Below, piece after piece: positions 27,673 to 36,470 of a stretch of DNA of 64,000 bases. The DNA lies in assembly GCA_963760595.1 (NCBI GenBank), contig CAVXDO010000004.1:22002-86001 (forward strand), given 5' to 3'. Source of the DNA: Candidatus Bathyarchaeota archaeon (GTDB lineage Archaea; Thermoproteota; Bathyarchaeia; Bathyarchaeales; Bathycorpusculaceae). A program made the position numbers and the translations under genes. Below the pieces are notes generated by a model. It made no database searches. It worked only from the letters and a program-made list of their open reading frames with translations, and was not told where the DNA came from. The stretch's first letter is position 1. Each line of letters opens with the position of its first letter.

Positions 27673-29436
27673 GTGAGGTTATTACGTGGATTGTTGCTCT
27701 TTGTGCTCATGCAGTGTCTAGCAACATCGATGCTAGTTTTGATTCCGAACTTGAAGGCAGATGCGTCGGTATCACCCAGTCTGGATCCATCCTTGTTGTT
27801 GCTTGGCGCTGGAGCCAAATGGGCTGCTCACAACGGCACTAACACTTTATACGTTGATTGGTACGACAATCTCATTGCTCATCCCAGCGAATTCGCGCCT
27901 GATCCAAACGTGTACTTGCCCGGGCGTATGCTCGTGTCTTATGCGCTTGAGCAGAACGATCTCACCGTGAACCTTGCCGGAGACATACCCAATGACTTGA
28001 GCAGTTACTCTCTTGTTGTTCTTGAGGCCTATTGGGCCGTTGAGCCAGGACACTGTCAACTCATTCGAGACTACGTCGCTAATGGTGGGGGCGTCGTAAT
28101 CCTGTCTGGCGTGCCTGAATACTTCAGGAGTTACTGCAAGGACTGGTGGAGCTACCTCTGTCCTACTGACACTGTGAGTCTCGGTATGGAAGAATGGCTG
28201 GGCGCCAGCAATTATGGGAACACGGGCGGATATGCGAGCGTAGCGGTGGACAACCCTTTTGGCACCTCACTATTGAAGGGTGACACTGTTCTTGTGGTCT
28301 CTTCATTCAGCTGCGCATCCATGGATTCGTTGGTTGGAGATTCTCAGGTTGTCGCAACATGGAACAGCGGAGACATCGGACTATACGTAGCGCCCTATTT
28401 TGCTTACACACACACGTACGGAGAAGGACGAGTCTACTATCAGGCAGCCTATCGCACTCCGAACCCGTTGACTGCATTTTTCAGCGTGGCTCCATATCCT
28501 GTCGTTGGCGTCGGTGTAACTGCAACTTTCAATGCTTCATTCTCGACACCTGCTTGGAACGGCACGTACTCAGCGCCGATAGTCGAGTATCTTTGGGATT
28601 TCGGTGACGGAAATGCGAGTTCATCTCCCAGCCCTGGGGCAACTCACGCTTACGTGTCTTCTGGCCTGTTCAACGTTACGTTGACAGTTGTTGACAGCGA
28701 AGGTTCGAGCGCATCGTGTTCGCAGAATGTTTGGGTGCAGGCTTCCAGTGTCCTTTCGATTTCGACAAGCGCTCCGTCGACGTTTATCGGCTTCAGTGTT
28801 GGTATCAGTGGCACTTTGACTGACGAGGCAGGGAATGGCCTGGAAAATGAAACAGTCCTCCTCTATTACACGTTCCAAGGGGTCTACTCATGGTTCCCGA
28901 TTAGCTCAGCCGTGACAGACGGGCTTGGCCGTTTCTATGTGCAATGGATTCCTTCGGCCACCGGCGCCTTCACTGTTATTGCCGTATGGAATGGAAATGA
29001 ATCCTTGATCGGTTCCACCAGCACCGTGGAGCTGAATACTATACCATACGAGAATCAGTATGTTTTTGCTGTTGAGTCTAACAGCACTGTTTCGGCTCTG
29101 GTCTTCAACTCAACAAGTTCGGAGCTGAGCTTTGCTGTGGGAGGCCAAAGCGGCACGAAGGGCTATGCTAAAGTTACGGTTGCGAAGAGTCTGGTGGGGG
29201 ACGTCACAGATATCAAAATATATCTCGACGGCAACGAGCTCCCATACTCAGTAACCTCCATTGACGATTCATGGCTTCTGACATTCAGCTACGCCCACAG
29301 CATCCATAATGTCTCAGTAAGCCTGAACGCAAAAGCCGTTCCAGAGTTAGACCTCGCAACAATGTTGCTTCTAATCACAACGACCACCATGGCCATCGCC
29401 ATCTTCAAGAAGAGAAAACCGAAAGGCAACACCTGA
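27673..29436 (+). CDS. Secreted surface protein with PKD domain, Ig-like repeats and C-terminal TM anchor
   Basis: GTG start with signal-like MRLLRGLLLFVLMQCLATSMLVL. WDFGDGNASS...FNVTLTVVDSEG (PKD). The C-terminus is VPELDLATMLLLITTTTMAIAIFKKRKPKGNT. Confidence 0.8.
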   Translation: MRLLRGLLLFVLMQCLATSMLVLIPNLKADASVSPSLDPSLLLLGAGAKWAAHNGTNTLYVDWYDNLIAHPSEFAPDPNVYLPGRMLVSYALEQNDLTVNLAGDIPNDLSSYSLVVLEAYWAVEPGHCQLIRDYVANGGGVVILSGVPEYFRSYCKDWWSYLCPTDTVSLGMEEWLGASNYGNTGGYASVAVDNPFGTSLLKGDTVLVVSSFSCASMDSLVGDSQVVATWNSGDIGLYVAPYFAYTHTYGEGRVYYQAAYRTPNPLTAFFSVAPYPVVGVGVTATFNASFSTPAWNGTYSAPIVEYLWDFGDGNASSSPSPGATHAYVSSGLFNVTLTVVDSEGSSASCSQNVWVQASSVLSISTSAPSTFIGFSVGISGTLTDEAGNGLENETVLLYYTFQGVYSWFPISSAVTDGLGRFYVQWIPSATGAFTVIAVWNGNESLIGSTSTVELNTIPYENQYVFAVESNSTVSALVFNSTSSELSFAVGGQSGTKGYAKVTVAKSLVGDVTDIKIYLDGNELPYSVTSIDDSWLLTFSYAHSIHNVSVSLNAKAVPELDLATMLLLITTTTMAIAIFKKRKPKGNT

Positions 29437-29706
29437 CATCACACAATAACAGGCTTTCGAGGCCAGATCTCGGTGTTCTTACCAGAACCTAACGATTGCA
29501 TACATCTACACATACACTAAAATAACAGCACAACACGATGCCCCAAGACAATACCATCCAGTTCTGTGCGCGTAACAGCCAGAAATTTGAAACCTCAAGC
29601 TACTCGCGCGCGCAGAAACCTCCGCGTTGAGTACAAGGGCATAGCCTAATAGCGTTCCCTATCGGAAAAGCTTTCATTATACTACGATGGTCAAGCAACG
29701 ACCATA

Positions 29707-30216
29707 CTAAGGCAAAACCTTCAGTAAAGCACTTGCAATACGCCTTGCTGAGGCCTCGACATTACTTGTCAATCCTTCTCCGAAGTCGGTCCGTTCAGGC
29801 TCGATCAGGAGCAAGGCAATCTTGGCTTTTGTTGTCTTGGCAACGTATTCACAGAAAATTCTCAACGGAAGCATGTGCGTTGAGACAGCAGGAAAATCTG
29901 TTATTCTCTCGGGCATGATCAGCCTTACTTCTCCAGGCTTCAACCCCAAAAGGGCGGCATCAACCAACAGAACATGCGTCGGCTCGAAGTCTACGATCTG
30001 CTGCATAAAACTCTCCGGCACGGTTTCACACTCAATCAAAAAGATTCTCTGCGAAACCTTTCCCCACAAACGTTGAATAATTTTGACTCCAACAAAATCA
30101 TCCATCCTAATAGGATTACCAACACCTGCAACAACCACTTTACCTGCCCCTGAAAACCAAGTTTCAAGCTCTTTCTCAACACTATGCTTTCCGCCAACCA
30201 CCAAAATCCGCCACAA
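29707..30216 (-). CDS. [NiFe]-hydrogenase maturation endopeptidase (HycI/FrhD/HoxM family)
   Basis: VVVAGVGNPIRMDDFVGVKIIQRL ... THVLLVDAALLG ... STHMLPL. Non-ATG (TTG) start, so the N-terminus is uncertain. Confidence 0.75.
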   Translation of the reverse strand: MWRILVVGGKHSVEKELETWFSGAGKVVVAGVGNPIRMDDFVGVKIIQRLWGKVSQRIFLIECETVPESFMQQIVDFEPTHVLLVDAALLGLKPGEVRLIMPERITDFPAVSTHMLPLRIFCEYVAKTTKAKIALLLIEPERTDFGEGLTSNVEASARRIASALLKVLP

Positions 30217-30442
30217 AAAGACTAACAGGAAACAATTACTAAAAAAACGTTTTTAGCCCTCACAAAGGCGCTTCGCGATATCTGCCGAAGTCCTAACTTT
30301 TAGTCGGCTTTTCGAAGTCTATGATATACCACGTAAGAATGAGACAATCTTGAAATATAAGCCTCATGCTTGGGCGCGTGCACAATTTCTGACAGTCTGT
30401 TTCAGAGAATAGCGTTAAATCGTCTCGTAACAACTACTACTG

Positions 30443-30928
30443 TTGGGGCACGGGTCTAGGCGACCTCATTTGTCCATGACCAATGAAGACAGGCAGGAAG
30501 AAATTTCAGGAAACACCCTGCGGGTTTACTGGTACATCCTGAAGAAAAGAGAGAACTGCGGCGTTAGGGAAGTTCAGAGAGCTCTTGGCTTTTCTAGCTC
30601 AAGCAGTGCGCACTACCATCTTGAGAAACTCGCTGACAAGGGTTTTCTAATCAAGGACAAATATGGAAGCTATCAAGTTAACAGCAAAATAAAAACGGGA
30701 AGCATCAGCCCCTTCATGCTCGTTCGCGGCTTCATATTTCCAAGGCAACTGTTTTACGCCCTTGCGACGACTGTCGTGAACGTTTTCTTTCTGACGTTTT
30801 TCTGGAGGTTTCTCACCTTAGTAGTCGTCCTCGCCTTGACTCCTGGAGTCTTGGCTTGCATAATTTTTTGGTACGAGACAGTGAAGTTGTGGCCGAGTCT
30901 CCCGTCTTTCGGGGAGAGTGTTCGATGA
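30443..30928 (+). CDS. Winged-helix DNA-binding protein with C-terminal transmembrane segments
   Basis: NTLRVYWYILKKRENCGVREVQRALGFSSSSSAHYHLEKLADKGFLIKDKYGSYQVN is wHTH-like. It is followed by hydrophobic stretches LFYALATTVVNVFFLTFFW and LVVVLALTPGVLACIIFW. Confidence 0.65.
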   Translation: MGHGSRRPHLSMTNEDRQEEISGNTLRVYWYILKKRENCGVREVQRALGFSSSSSAHYHLEKLADKGFLIKDKYGSYQVNSKIKTGSISPFMLVRGFIFPRQLFYALATTVVNVFFLTFFWRFLTLVVVLALTPGVLACIIFWYETVKLWPSLPSFGESVR

Positions 30929-30983
30929 GTTTTGATGACTGTTCGAATCTATAGATTGAAAGGCGTCAACTAGAATTTGACTT

Positions 30984-32288
30984 ATGGTTATCAGAATGAA
31001 GAAAAAGATCTTAACTGTGATCACGCTCGGACTGTTGCTGGCTAGCTTGGCAAGCGCCGGCTTTGTTTGGCGGGAACCTCTGGCAATGGGGGTTAATTCT
31101 TCAGATGGAGAGACAGTGAACACGGACGCTGAATATTCAAATGCAACCATAGGATCGCCCATAGAAGGATTGGCGATATGGTATGTTTGGATAAACACTA
31201 ACTCCACTCAAGTGATCTATCTGGCCTACGTCTCTTCGAAGGTTCCGCCCCCAGTTCTCACGTTCTTCGGTCAGCATTACACGACTGGAAACGGCACAGA
31301 AGTATTCGTTGGCAACACGTTGACTGCGATGGAAGTTTACAACGACACTAATCGAAACGGAGTGCCAGATGTAGATCTAGGCAATGGCACAAGCGAATTG
31401 TTGTACAATTTCGCCGTCAACAGCTCACAAAGCTTCGTGATAACGCCTGTTCAGAAGACTCTGATAGGCGGCGAGGTTCATTACACTTGGGGCTTGCGGT
31501 ACAATACTATAGATGGTTTCCTGCTCACTGAGAACCAAGCTGCGGGCGCGAACGTCCTTCTTGACTATCTAGCTTCGTCATATGATTTTTACGTCCAAAA
31601 CAATGCTTCCTATTTGAAGACAAGCTTCGAAATCGGCAAGTTATTGAACGTCACAGCCTATTCAGACCTCAACTTTACACTGGAAGGGTTAAGTCTCTCT
31701 TTGCTGTACGGGACAAGCGTCATCGCTTCGAACACTTACACGACGGTTGTCAACGGAGAACCCTACAACTCCACGACAACGCAAAGCTCGGCGATACCTA
31801 CGCAGTCAGGCGAAATCAGGATTGAAGACGCCAAGGCCTACGAGTGTGTGTTTGGACAAAACTACACGCTCTCCAGAGATTCAGAGAACGCGACTTATCC
31901 ATCCAAGTCTGCCGCCGTTTCGGACCATAGCGTGCCTGGAGGCGTATACAGATCCGTTGAAAGTGCACTCTCATTCTTTGAGAATGTGCTGTCTGATGTA
32001 TTTCCGAAAATAAGCAGCCTACTGACAACCGTCAACCTTGACTACAATTCTTCATCTTTCCTTTACAGAATATGCTATCCACAATGGGACGGCTACGCAC
32101 TTGAACACGATCCAACCTACATAGCCTACGTGACTCCAACCGCCATACACGAAATAAGCCCCCCTGTGATGCTAGTCATAGGAGCGACTATTGCGGGCTC
32201 AGCCGCTTTGATAGTGGCGCTGCTTGACACGAGAAAAAATCGAAGAATGCTGCCTAACAAATCGGGTGTACAAGTACCCTCATCTTGA
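30984..32288 (+). CDS. Hypothetical secreted glycoprotein-like protein with C-terminal TM anchor
   Basis: Signal MKKKILTVITLGLLLASLASAG, many NxS/T sequons, and C-terminal PPVMLVIGATIAGSAALIVALLDTRKNRR. No recognisable domain. Confidence 0.65.
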   Translation: MVIRMKKKILTVITLGLLLASLASAGFVWREPLAMGVNSSDGETVNTDAEYSNATIGSPIEGLAIWYVWINTNSTQVIYLAYVSSKVPPPVLTFFGQHYTTGNGTEVFVGNTLTAMEVYNDTNRNGVPDVDLGNGTSELLYNFAVNSSQSFVITPVQKTLIGGEVHYTWGLRYNTIDGFLLTENQAAGANVLLDYLASSYDFYVQNNASYLKTSFEIGKLLNVTAYSDLNFTLEGLSLSLLYGTSVIASNTYTTVVNGEPYNSTTTQSSAIPTQSGEIRIEDAKAYECVFGQNYTLSRDSENATYPSKSAAVSDHSVPGGVYRSVESALSFFENVLSDVFPKISSLLTTVNLDYNSSSFLYRICYPQWDGYALEHDPTYIAYVTPTAIHEISPPVMLVIGATIAGSAALIVALLDTRKNRRMLPNKSGVQVPSS

Positions 32289-32423
32289 GCTTCCGCGCGC
32301 GTTACCATGCCCAGAGAAAATGTGAGAAGACCCAGAGCATAGTGGAATCCAGCGCCAACCAATGGAAATATCCAAGTTTGCGAGTGAGTGTATAAGCATA
32401 AATCGGAGCAGTCTTTGGCTCTT

Positions 32424-32867
32424 CTATCTTTTCCTCTTGCTTTCCCTGCCGATCAGCTCCAACCAGATGCCGTTAGGATCCTTAACGAAAGCAAGGACCC
32501 AAGAACCCTGATTAAATGGTTGTACTGCGGGCTCACATCCAAGTTTGACTAGTCTTTCGTATTGCTCCCTAACGTTGCTCACATACAACCCGATGTGGTC
32601 GAGCTCTGAGCCGTTCACATACTCTTCGTAGAACTTGCTAGTCTTTGGATAATAGTTCAGTTCGAGGATCTGCTTGCCAGTCGGCGTCCCCATATGAACG
32701 TACGTACCCTCGTGAGCGACCATCTTCCCTTTCAGCACGACTCGAAACCCGAGTGATTCCCTGTAGAATCTGATAGATTCCTCGAGGTTCTTCACGCGGA
32801 TACCTGTGTACCAGAACCGGATGCCGAGCACATTGGATTTTCTCCTTGACCCTTTTTTCAAGCTCAT
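32424..32867 (-). CDS. VOC-family protein (glyoxalase I / lactoylglutathione lyase-like)
   Basis: FWYTGIRVKNLEESIRFYRESLGFRV...ELNYY...LDHIGLYV...DPNGIWLELI. Confidence 0.7.
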   Translation of the reverse strand: MSLKKGSRRKSNVLGIRFWYTGIRVKNLEESIRFYRESLGFRVVLKGKMVAHEGTYVHMGTPTGKQILELNYYPKTSKFYEEYVNGSELDHIGLYVSNVREQYERLVKLGCEPAVQPFNQGSWVLAFVKDPNGIWLELIGRESKRKR

Positions 32868-32893
32868 CGAATCCCCCTGTCAACGTGAAAGAT

Positions 32894-32948
32894 ACACAGA
32901 TAAAACTTCTTTGAGCTTGGGATAAAACTTTACCACCAAACCAAACTT
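32894..32948 (-). promoter_or_regulatory. Tandem BRE/TATA-like module (GGTAAAGTTTTATC family) upstream of the VOC gene
   Basis: Minus-strand reading is AAGTTTGGTTTGGTGGTAAAGTTTTATCCCAAGCTCAAAGAAGTTTTATCTGTGT. The proximal GTTTTATC ends about 31 nt before ATG 32867 and is followed by a GGGGGA Shine-Dalgarno-like box. Confidence 0.45.
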
Positions 32949-33137
32949 CTGAACGGCAGTTGATTTAACTGCTGTGTGGAAAAAGAAGCCAAGGCAGTAT
33001 ACTCGATTCAGGATACAGGGATGGTTTGTGGGTATGGAAAGGCGATATAGGAGAAAGCAGACCATAATAGGGGTATTATATAGACGGTTATCGGAATTGA
33101 GTATACGCTCACCATTGATGTTGCGGATGGATGCGCG

Positions 33138-34703
33138 TCAATCTTGCTGTTTCAGTTTTTTCAGCATTGCTTTTCCATTTTGGTTATCTGGGTTCAATTC
33201 GAGTGATTTCTCATAGTTTTCGATAGCATGCACTTTGTCTCCTGAATGCAAGTATATTTCTCCCAGAGTATCATATGCGTTCCAGTACTTCGGGTATTCT
33301 TTGATGGCATACTTCATTATTTTGATTGCATCCTGGAGTTTTTGTTCGAAGACAAGTAAGTAAGCCAGGAAGATTAGAGTGTTCTCTCCTGCTACGCTTA
33401 GATCAGAGCCTGTTCTTTTGAATTCTCCATGTTTTTCTATCGCAGCTGCAACTCCTTTTCGCTGCGTTAATAGGAATAATGTGGTCAAGGCTTCAGGATG
33501 GACACGTTTTGGTGGAACATAATTCCATTTATACTCTATTGCTATGTTCTGAACCAAGTAGTCTTCGACAAGCATTCCAACCTGAGAATTGCTCATCAAA
33601 GCCGCACCTTTTCCTGAGTTACCATACATGATAAGCATTGCCTGGAAGCCAGCGTCGTCTCCGATGTGTCCGAACAAGTCCGGTCTTGTTTCGTCACCTA
33701 GAAAGAAGCCTAGTCCCATCCTGTCTGGATGTTTATCATCGCCTAAGGCAAGTTCTTCTACATGCGCTACCTGTGGTTTCAGCATCTCTCGAGTCATAAT
33801 CTCAGATAGTAGACGATTTGATTTGCCCAGCCTTGATAAGGTAATCTCGATTGCGAATCTGGCCAGATCAGAAGACGTAGTCCATAATCCTGCTGCAGCC
33901 ATCTCGGGGTAAACATGCCATTTTCCATGGACAACTTTGCCGTCAGCGAGGGTTCCGCTTGCAGCCTCAGCAATCTGCGATTCTGGAAGCGGTTGTTCAA
34001 AATTGCTGTGGTCCATTCCGATCTTGCTGAGTACCATGTCATGCATAAGTTGAGGAAACGAGCGCGCAGTTACATCTATCATTAGTTGTTGAGCAATCAT
34101 CGTTCCTCCGCCTGAGTAGCGCCATCTTGTGCCTGGAACAGAATCTACGCGAATTGGCAAATTGTTCGCAGGAGACTTCCCGTTCAGGATTTGGAGCAGA
34201 GAAGGGATCGATTCATCTATGTCATAGCCGTTGAAGCCATGTACTGTTAATCCTGCACTATGACAAAGGATGCGACGCAGTGTGACCTTCTCATCTTTAG
34301 TAAATTTATTTTCAGGCACTTTCCAGCTGACAAGTCTCTTGTTCACGTCTTCATCAAACGAAAGCTTTCCTTGTTCTACGAGACACAATGCTCCAACGGC
34401 GGCGACAGGTTTACTAACTGAGCCTGCCTGAAAGAGTGTATTTGCCGTGACAGGCGTCATCGTGCCTGCTTCTGCTACACCATAACCCTTAGCCCATACG
34501 ATCTTGAAGTTATCGATGACCGCGACGCTTAAGCCTGGAACCCTGTACATCTGCATCAATTTCTGAATGGTCAGTTCGAAAGGTAACTCATTTTTATCCA
34601 GCAATACTGGGTGAACCCCGTTCTCGACCCTCTTAATCCGTTCAGCCAGTTTCATAGAAATATCGGTGCCTCTAGTCTGTGAAATACGAGTCTTTGTGTT
34701 CAT
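33138..34703 (-). CDS. Serine hydrolase of the beta-lactamase/transpeptidase-like family fused to C-terminal TPR repeats
   Basis: FQAGSVSKPVAAVG (SxxK active-site motif) and YSGGG. The C-terminal 120 aa are TPR-like: AYLLVFEQKLQDAIKIMKYAIKEYPKYWNAYDTLGEIYLHSGDKVHAIENYEKSLELNPDN. Confidence 0.8.
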   Translation of the reverse strand: MNTKTRISQTRGTDISMKLAERIKRVENGVHPVLLDKNELPFELTIQKLMQMYRVPGLSVAVIDNFKIVWAKGYGVAEAGTMTPVTANTLFQAGSVSKPVAAVGALCLVEQGKLSFDEDVNKRLVSWKVPENKFTKDEKVTLRRILCHSAGLTVHGFNGYDIDESIPSLLQILNGKSPANNLPIRVDSVPGTRWRYSGGGTMIAQQLMIDVTARSFPQLMHDMVLSKIGMDHSNFEQPLPESQIAEAASGTLADGKVVHGKWHVYPEMAAAGLWTTSSDLARFAIEITLSRLGKSNRLLSEIMTREMLKPQVAHVEELALGDDKHPDRMGLGFFLGDETRPDLFGHIGDDAGFQAMLIMYGNSGKGAALMSNSQVGMLVEDYLVQNIAIEYKWNYVPPKRVHPEALTTLFLLTQRKGVAAAIEKHGEFKRTGSDLSVAGENTLIFLAYLLVFEQKLQDAIKIMKYAIKEYPKYWNAYDTLGEIYLHSGDKVHAIENYEKSLELNPDNQNGKAMLKKLKQQD

Positions 34704-34772
34704 GACGAAACCTTTTTGAAGGTTCGATTTGGCCCTAATAAAGCCAACTCACTTTTTGTAATAACAGAGTGT

Positions 34773-34897
34773 GGGGGGGGTAAAGTTTTATCTTGTGTGT
34801 GGGGATACCACGACGACGACCACACAAGCAGTGGAGTGTGTGCTCTTCTGATTGGACTTATATTATTCATTGTGTGTTTGGGTCAAAACTTTACCCC
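34773..34897. repeat. Inverted pair of the GGTAAAGTTTTATC-family motif bounding about 65-90 nt
   Basis: 34773-34804 is GGGGGGGGTAAAGTTTTATCTTGTGTGTGGGG. 34871-34897 is TGTGTGTTTGGGTCAAAACTTTACCCC. The cores GGGGTAAAGTTTT and AAAACTTTACCCC are reverse complements. Confidence 0.65.
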
Positions 34898-35054
34898 ATA
34901 GCAAAACAGCGACTGCCAACGACACCAACAGGGTTATGCTCAGCAAATAAGAATTGTAACCTATCACCTGAAAAATGAAATAGAAAACGACCTGCAATGC
35001 AATTACTACACAAATGCTCCAAACAGTGAGCTTGAGAACAGTAGTGATGCTCAT
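34863..35054 (-). CDS. Possible small two-TM membrane protein
   Basis: 63-aa ORF, hydrophobic (VWSICVVIALQVVFYFIF, LLSITLLVSLAVAVLLW). There is no homology evidence, and its 3' end overlaps a repeat copy. Confidence 0.3.
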   Translation of the reverse strand: MSITTVLKLTVWSICVVIALQVVFYFIFQVIGYNSYLLSITLLVSLAVAVLLWGKVLTQTHNE

Positions 35055-35127
35055 GTTTCTTGTTCTCTATCGTTCAGCTTCTCGTCTTACCTATATGATT
35101 TGTGAATTCAGCCTATACAATTGTGCG

Positions 35128-35178
35128 TGATAAAACGGGTTTTTGGTTTGGATAAAACTTTACCCCGAACCCAAACTT
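35128..35178 (-). repeat. Second copy of the tandem BRE/TATA-like module (homologous to 32894-32948)
   Basis: Plus strand reads GTGATAAAACGGGTTTTTGGTTTGGATAAAACTTTACCCCGAACCCAAACTT. It aligns with 32897-32948 at roughly three quarters of positions by eye, including the 14-nt block GATAAAACTTTACC. Confidence 0.6.
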
Positions 35179-35300
35179 TTATGAAAATGAGCAAGTTGTC
35201 ATCAGCCATGGATAGATCTGTAGATATTGTTTGTTCGTTTAAGAGAGCGTGGCTTTCAGGCACGAATTGCTTTCGTCTCGATCGATCGTAACAAACCTTA

Positions 35301-35322
35301 ATGCGCGCTAAAGATTATTATT
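35301..35322 (+). promoter_or_regulatory. ATGCGCGCTA decamer followed by a BRE/TATA-like box upstream of the LysE-family gene
   Basis: ATGCGCGCTAAAGATTATTATT ends about 15-20 nt before the first ATG codons (35339, 35345). This suggests a leaderless or very short-leader mRNA. Confidence 0.4.
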
Positions 35323-35332
35323 CACGTTACGT

Positions 35333-35968
35333 TTGTGCATGTCTATGGGAATACTGGATTTCGTTGTTACCGTCATCCTTGTGACTGTTTCGGGTGCATT
35401 GGCTCCTGGTCCATTGTTTTTTGCGAATATTTCGAAGGGCGTGGAGCTTGGGGCAAAAAGCGGGCTTATCTTTGCTGTGGCGCACACTCTCGTTGAGTTC
35501 AGCCTCGTTATGTTGCTGAGCTTCGGGCTTTTCGTGATTAACAGCGAGTTAGTAAGAGCAGCGATTGGAATCGCTGGAGGCGTTGTCTTGATCGGTTTTG
35601 GTCTCATGCAAGTGTCCAGTTCTCTCAGACCAAAGCAGGAAGCAACTGGAGAAAAAAGAAAGGCCGGTTCTCATCGTCTGTTGCTGCTGGGGTTGGCCCT
35701 GACTGGTTTGAATCCTTTCTTTATTGTGTGGTGGCTTACCGCGGGGGCTCAGCTTATCGTTATTGCGTTAGAGTTCGCTTCGTTGGCCGGGGTTTTGTTC
35801 ATGTATGTCTGTCATGTTTGGATGGACTATGTTTGGCTGGCGGCGACGGCGCATCTTGCGAAGACGGGGATGAAAGTAATTGGGCTCAAGTGGTATAGAG
35901 TGTTGATCGGCGTGTTCGGGTTGGTTCTGGTGTACTTTGGGCTCCTTTTCCTGATCAACGCGATTTGA
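35333..35968 (+). CDS. LysE/RhtB-family amino-acid exporter
   Basis: About 205 aa with six hydrophobic segments and an N-terminal GALAPGPLFF motif typical of the LysE family. The likely true start is ATG 35339 or 35345. Confidence 0.7.
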   Translation: MCMSMGILDFVVTVILVTVSGALAPGPLFFANISKGVELGAKSGLIFAVAHTLVEFSLVMLLSFGLFVINSELVRAAIGIAGGVVLIGFGLMQVSSSLRPKQEATGEKRKAGSHRLLLLGLALTGLNPFFIVWWLTAGAQLIVIALEFASLAGVLFMYVCHVWMDYVWLAATAHLAKTGMKVIGLKWYRVLIGVFGLVLVYFGLLFLINAI

Positions 35969-36035
35969 GTGTGAGCTATTTCTCAAGTTCAACACCGATG
36001 TGTTGCCACCAGCGCGTGCGCCCCTTTAGAATCGA

Positions 36036-36470
36036 ATGAATGTTCGTACCCGACGCGTGTTCAAAGGGAGAAAAACCTCAAGAATAAATATTGAAGGCGA
36101 CACTATTGTTGTGGGCGCGGTCATGAAGCTTTTCATCAGGTCTTCCTCAGTAAGTTTTGACCTCGAAACCGCAAAGGAGATGTCGTTGCACACCTTCTGT
36201 GACCCCGAGACCGCGACGAGAGCCTCTGAAATCTATGGTTCCAGGCTGAAAGGCAGAGTGCTTTCCGAAGAACACAGCGTCGCCCTCCAGAAAGTGATTG
36301 AATATGCACGGGCGCAGGGAGAGAAGCTTGAAGTCTTTGACGTGTCCTCAGCGACTGACAGGATCAGGGCTCTCCGACAGGGTGTTTTCAGAACACCGAC
36401 CCTCATCGCACACGGCAAGCCTTTCAAAGGACTAATCGAAATCTCTCGCCTAGTTGAAAGAACTGAATAG
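36036..36470 (+). CDS. Hypothetical protein
   Basis: 144-aa ORF with a possible internal start (MKLF...). The C-terminal part VFDVSSATDRIRALRQGVFRTPTLIAHGKPFKG is vaguely thioredoxin-fold-like but has no CxxC. Confidence 0.4.
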   Translation: MNVRTRRVFKGRKTSRINIEGDTIVVGAVMKLFIRSSSVSFDLETAKEMSLHTFCDPETATRASEIYGSRLKGRVLSEEHSVALQKVIEYARAQGEKLEVFDVSSATDRIRALRQGVFRTPTLIAHGKPFKGLIEISRLVERTE

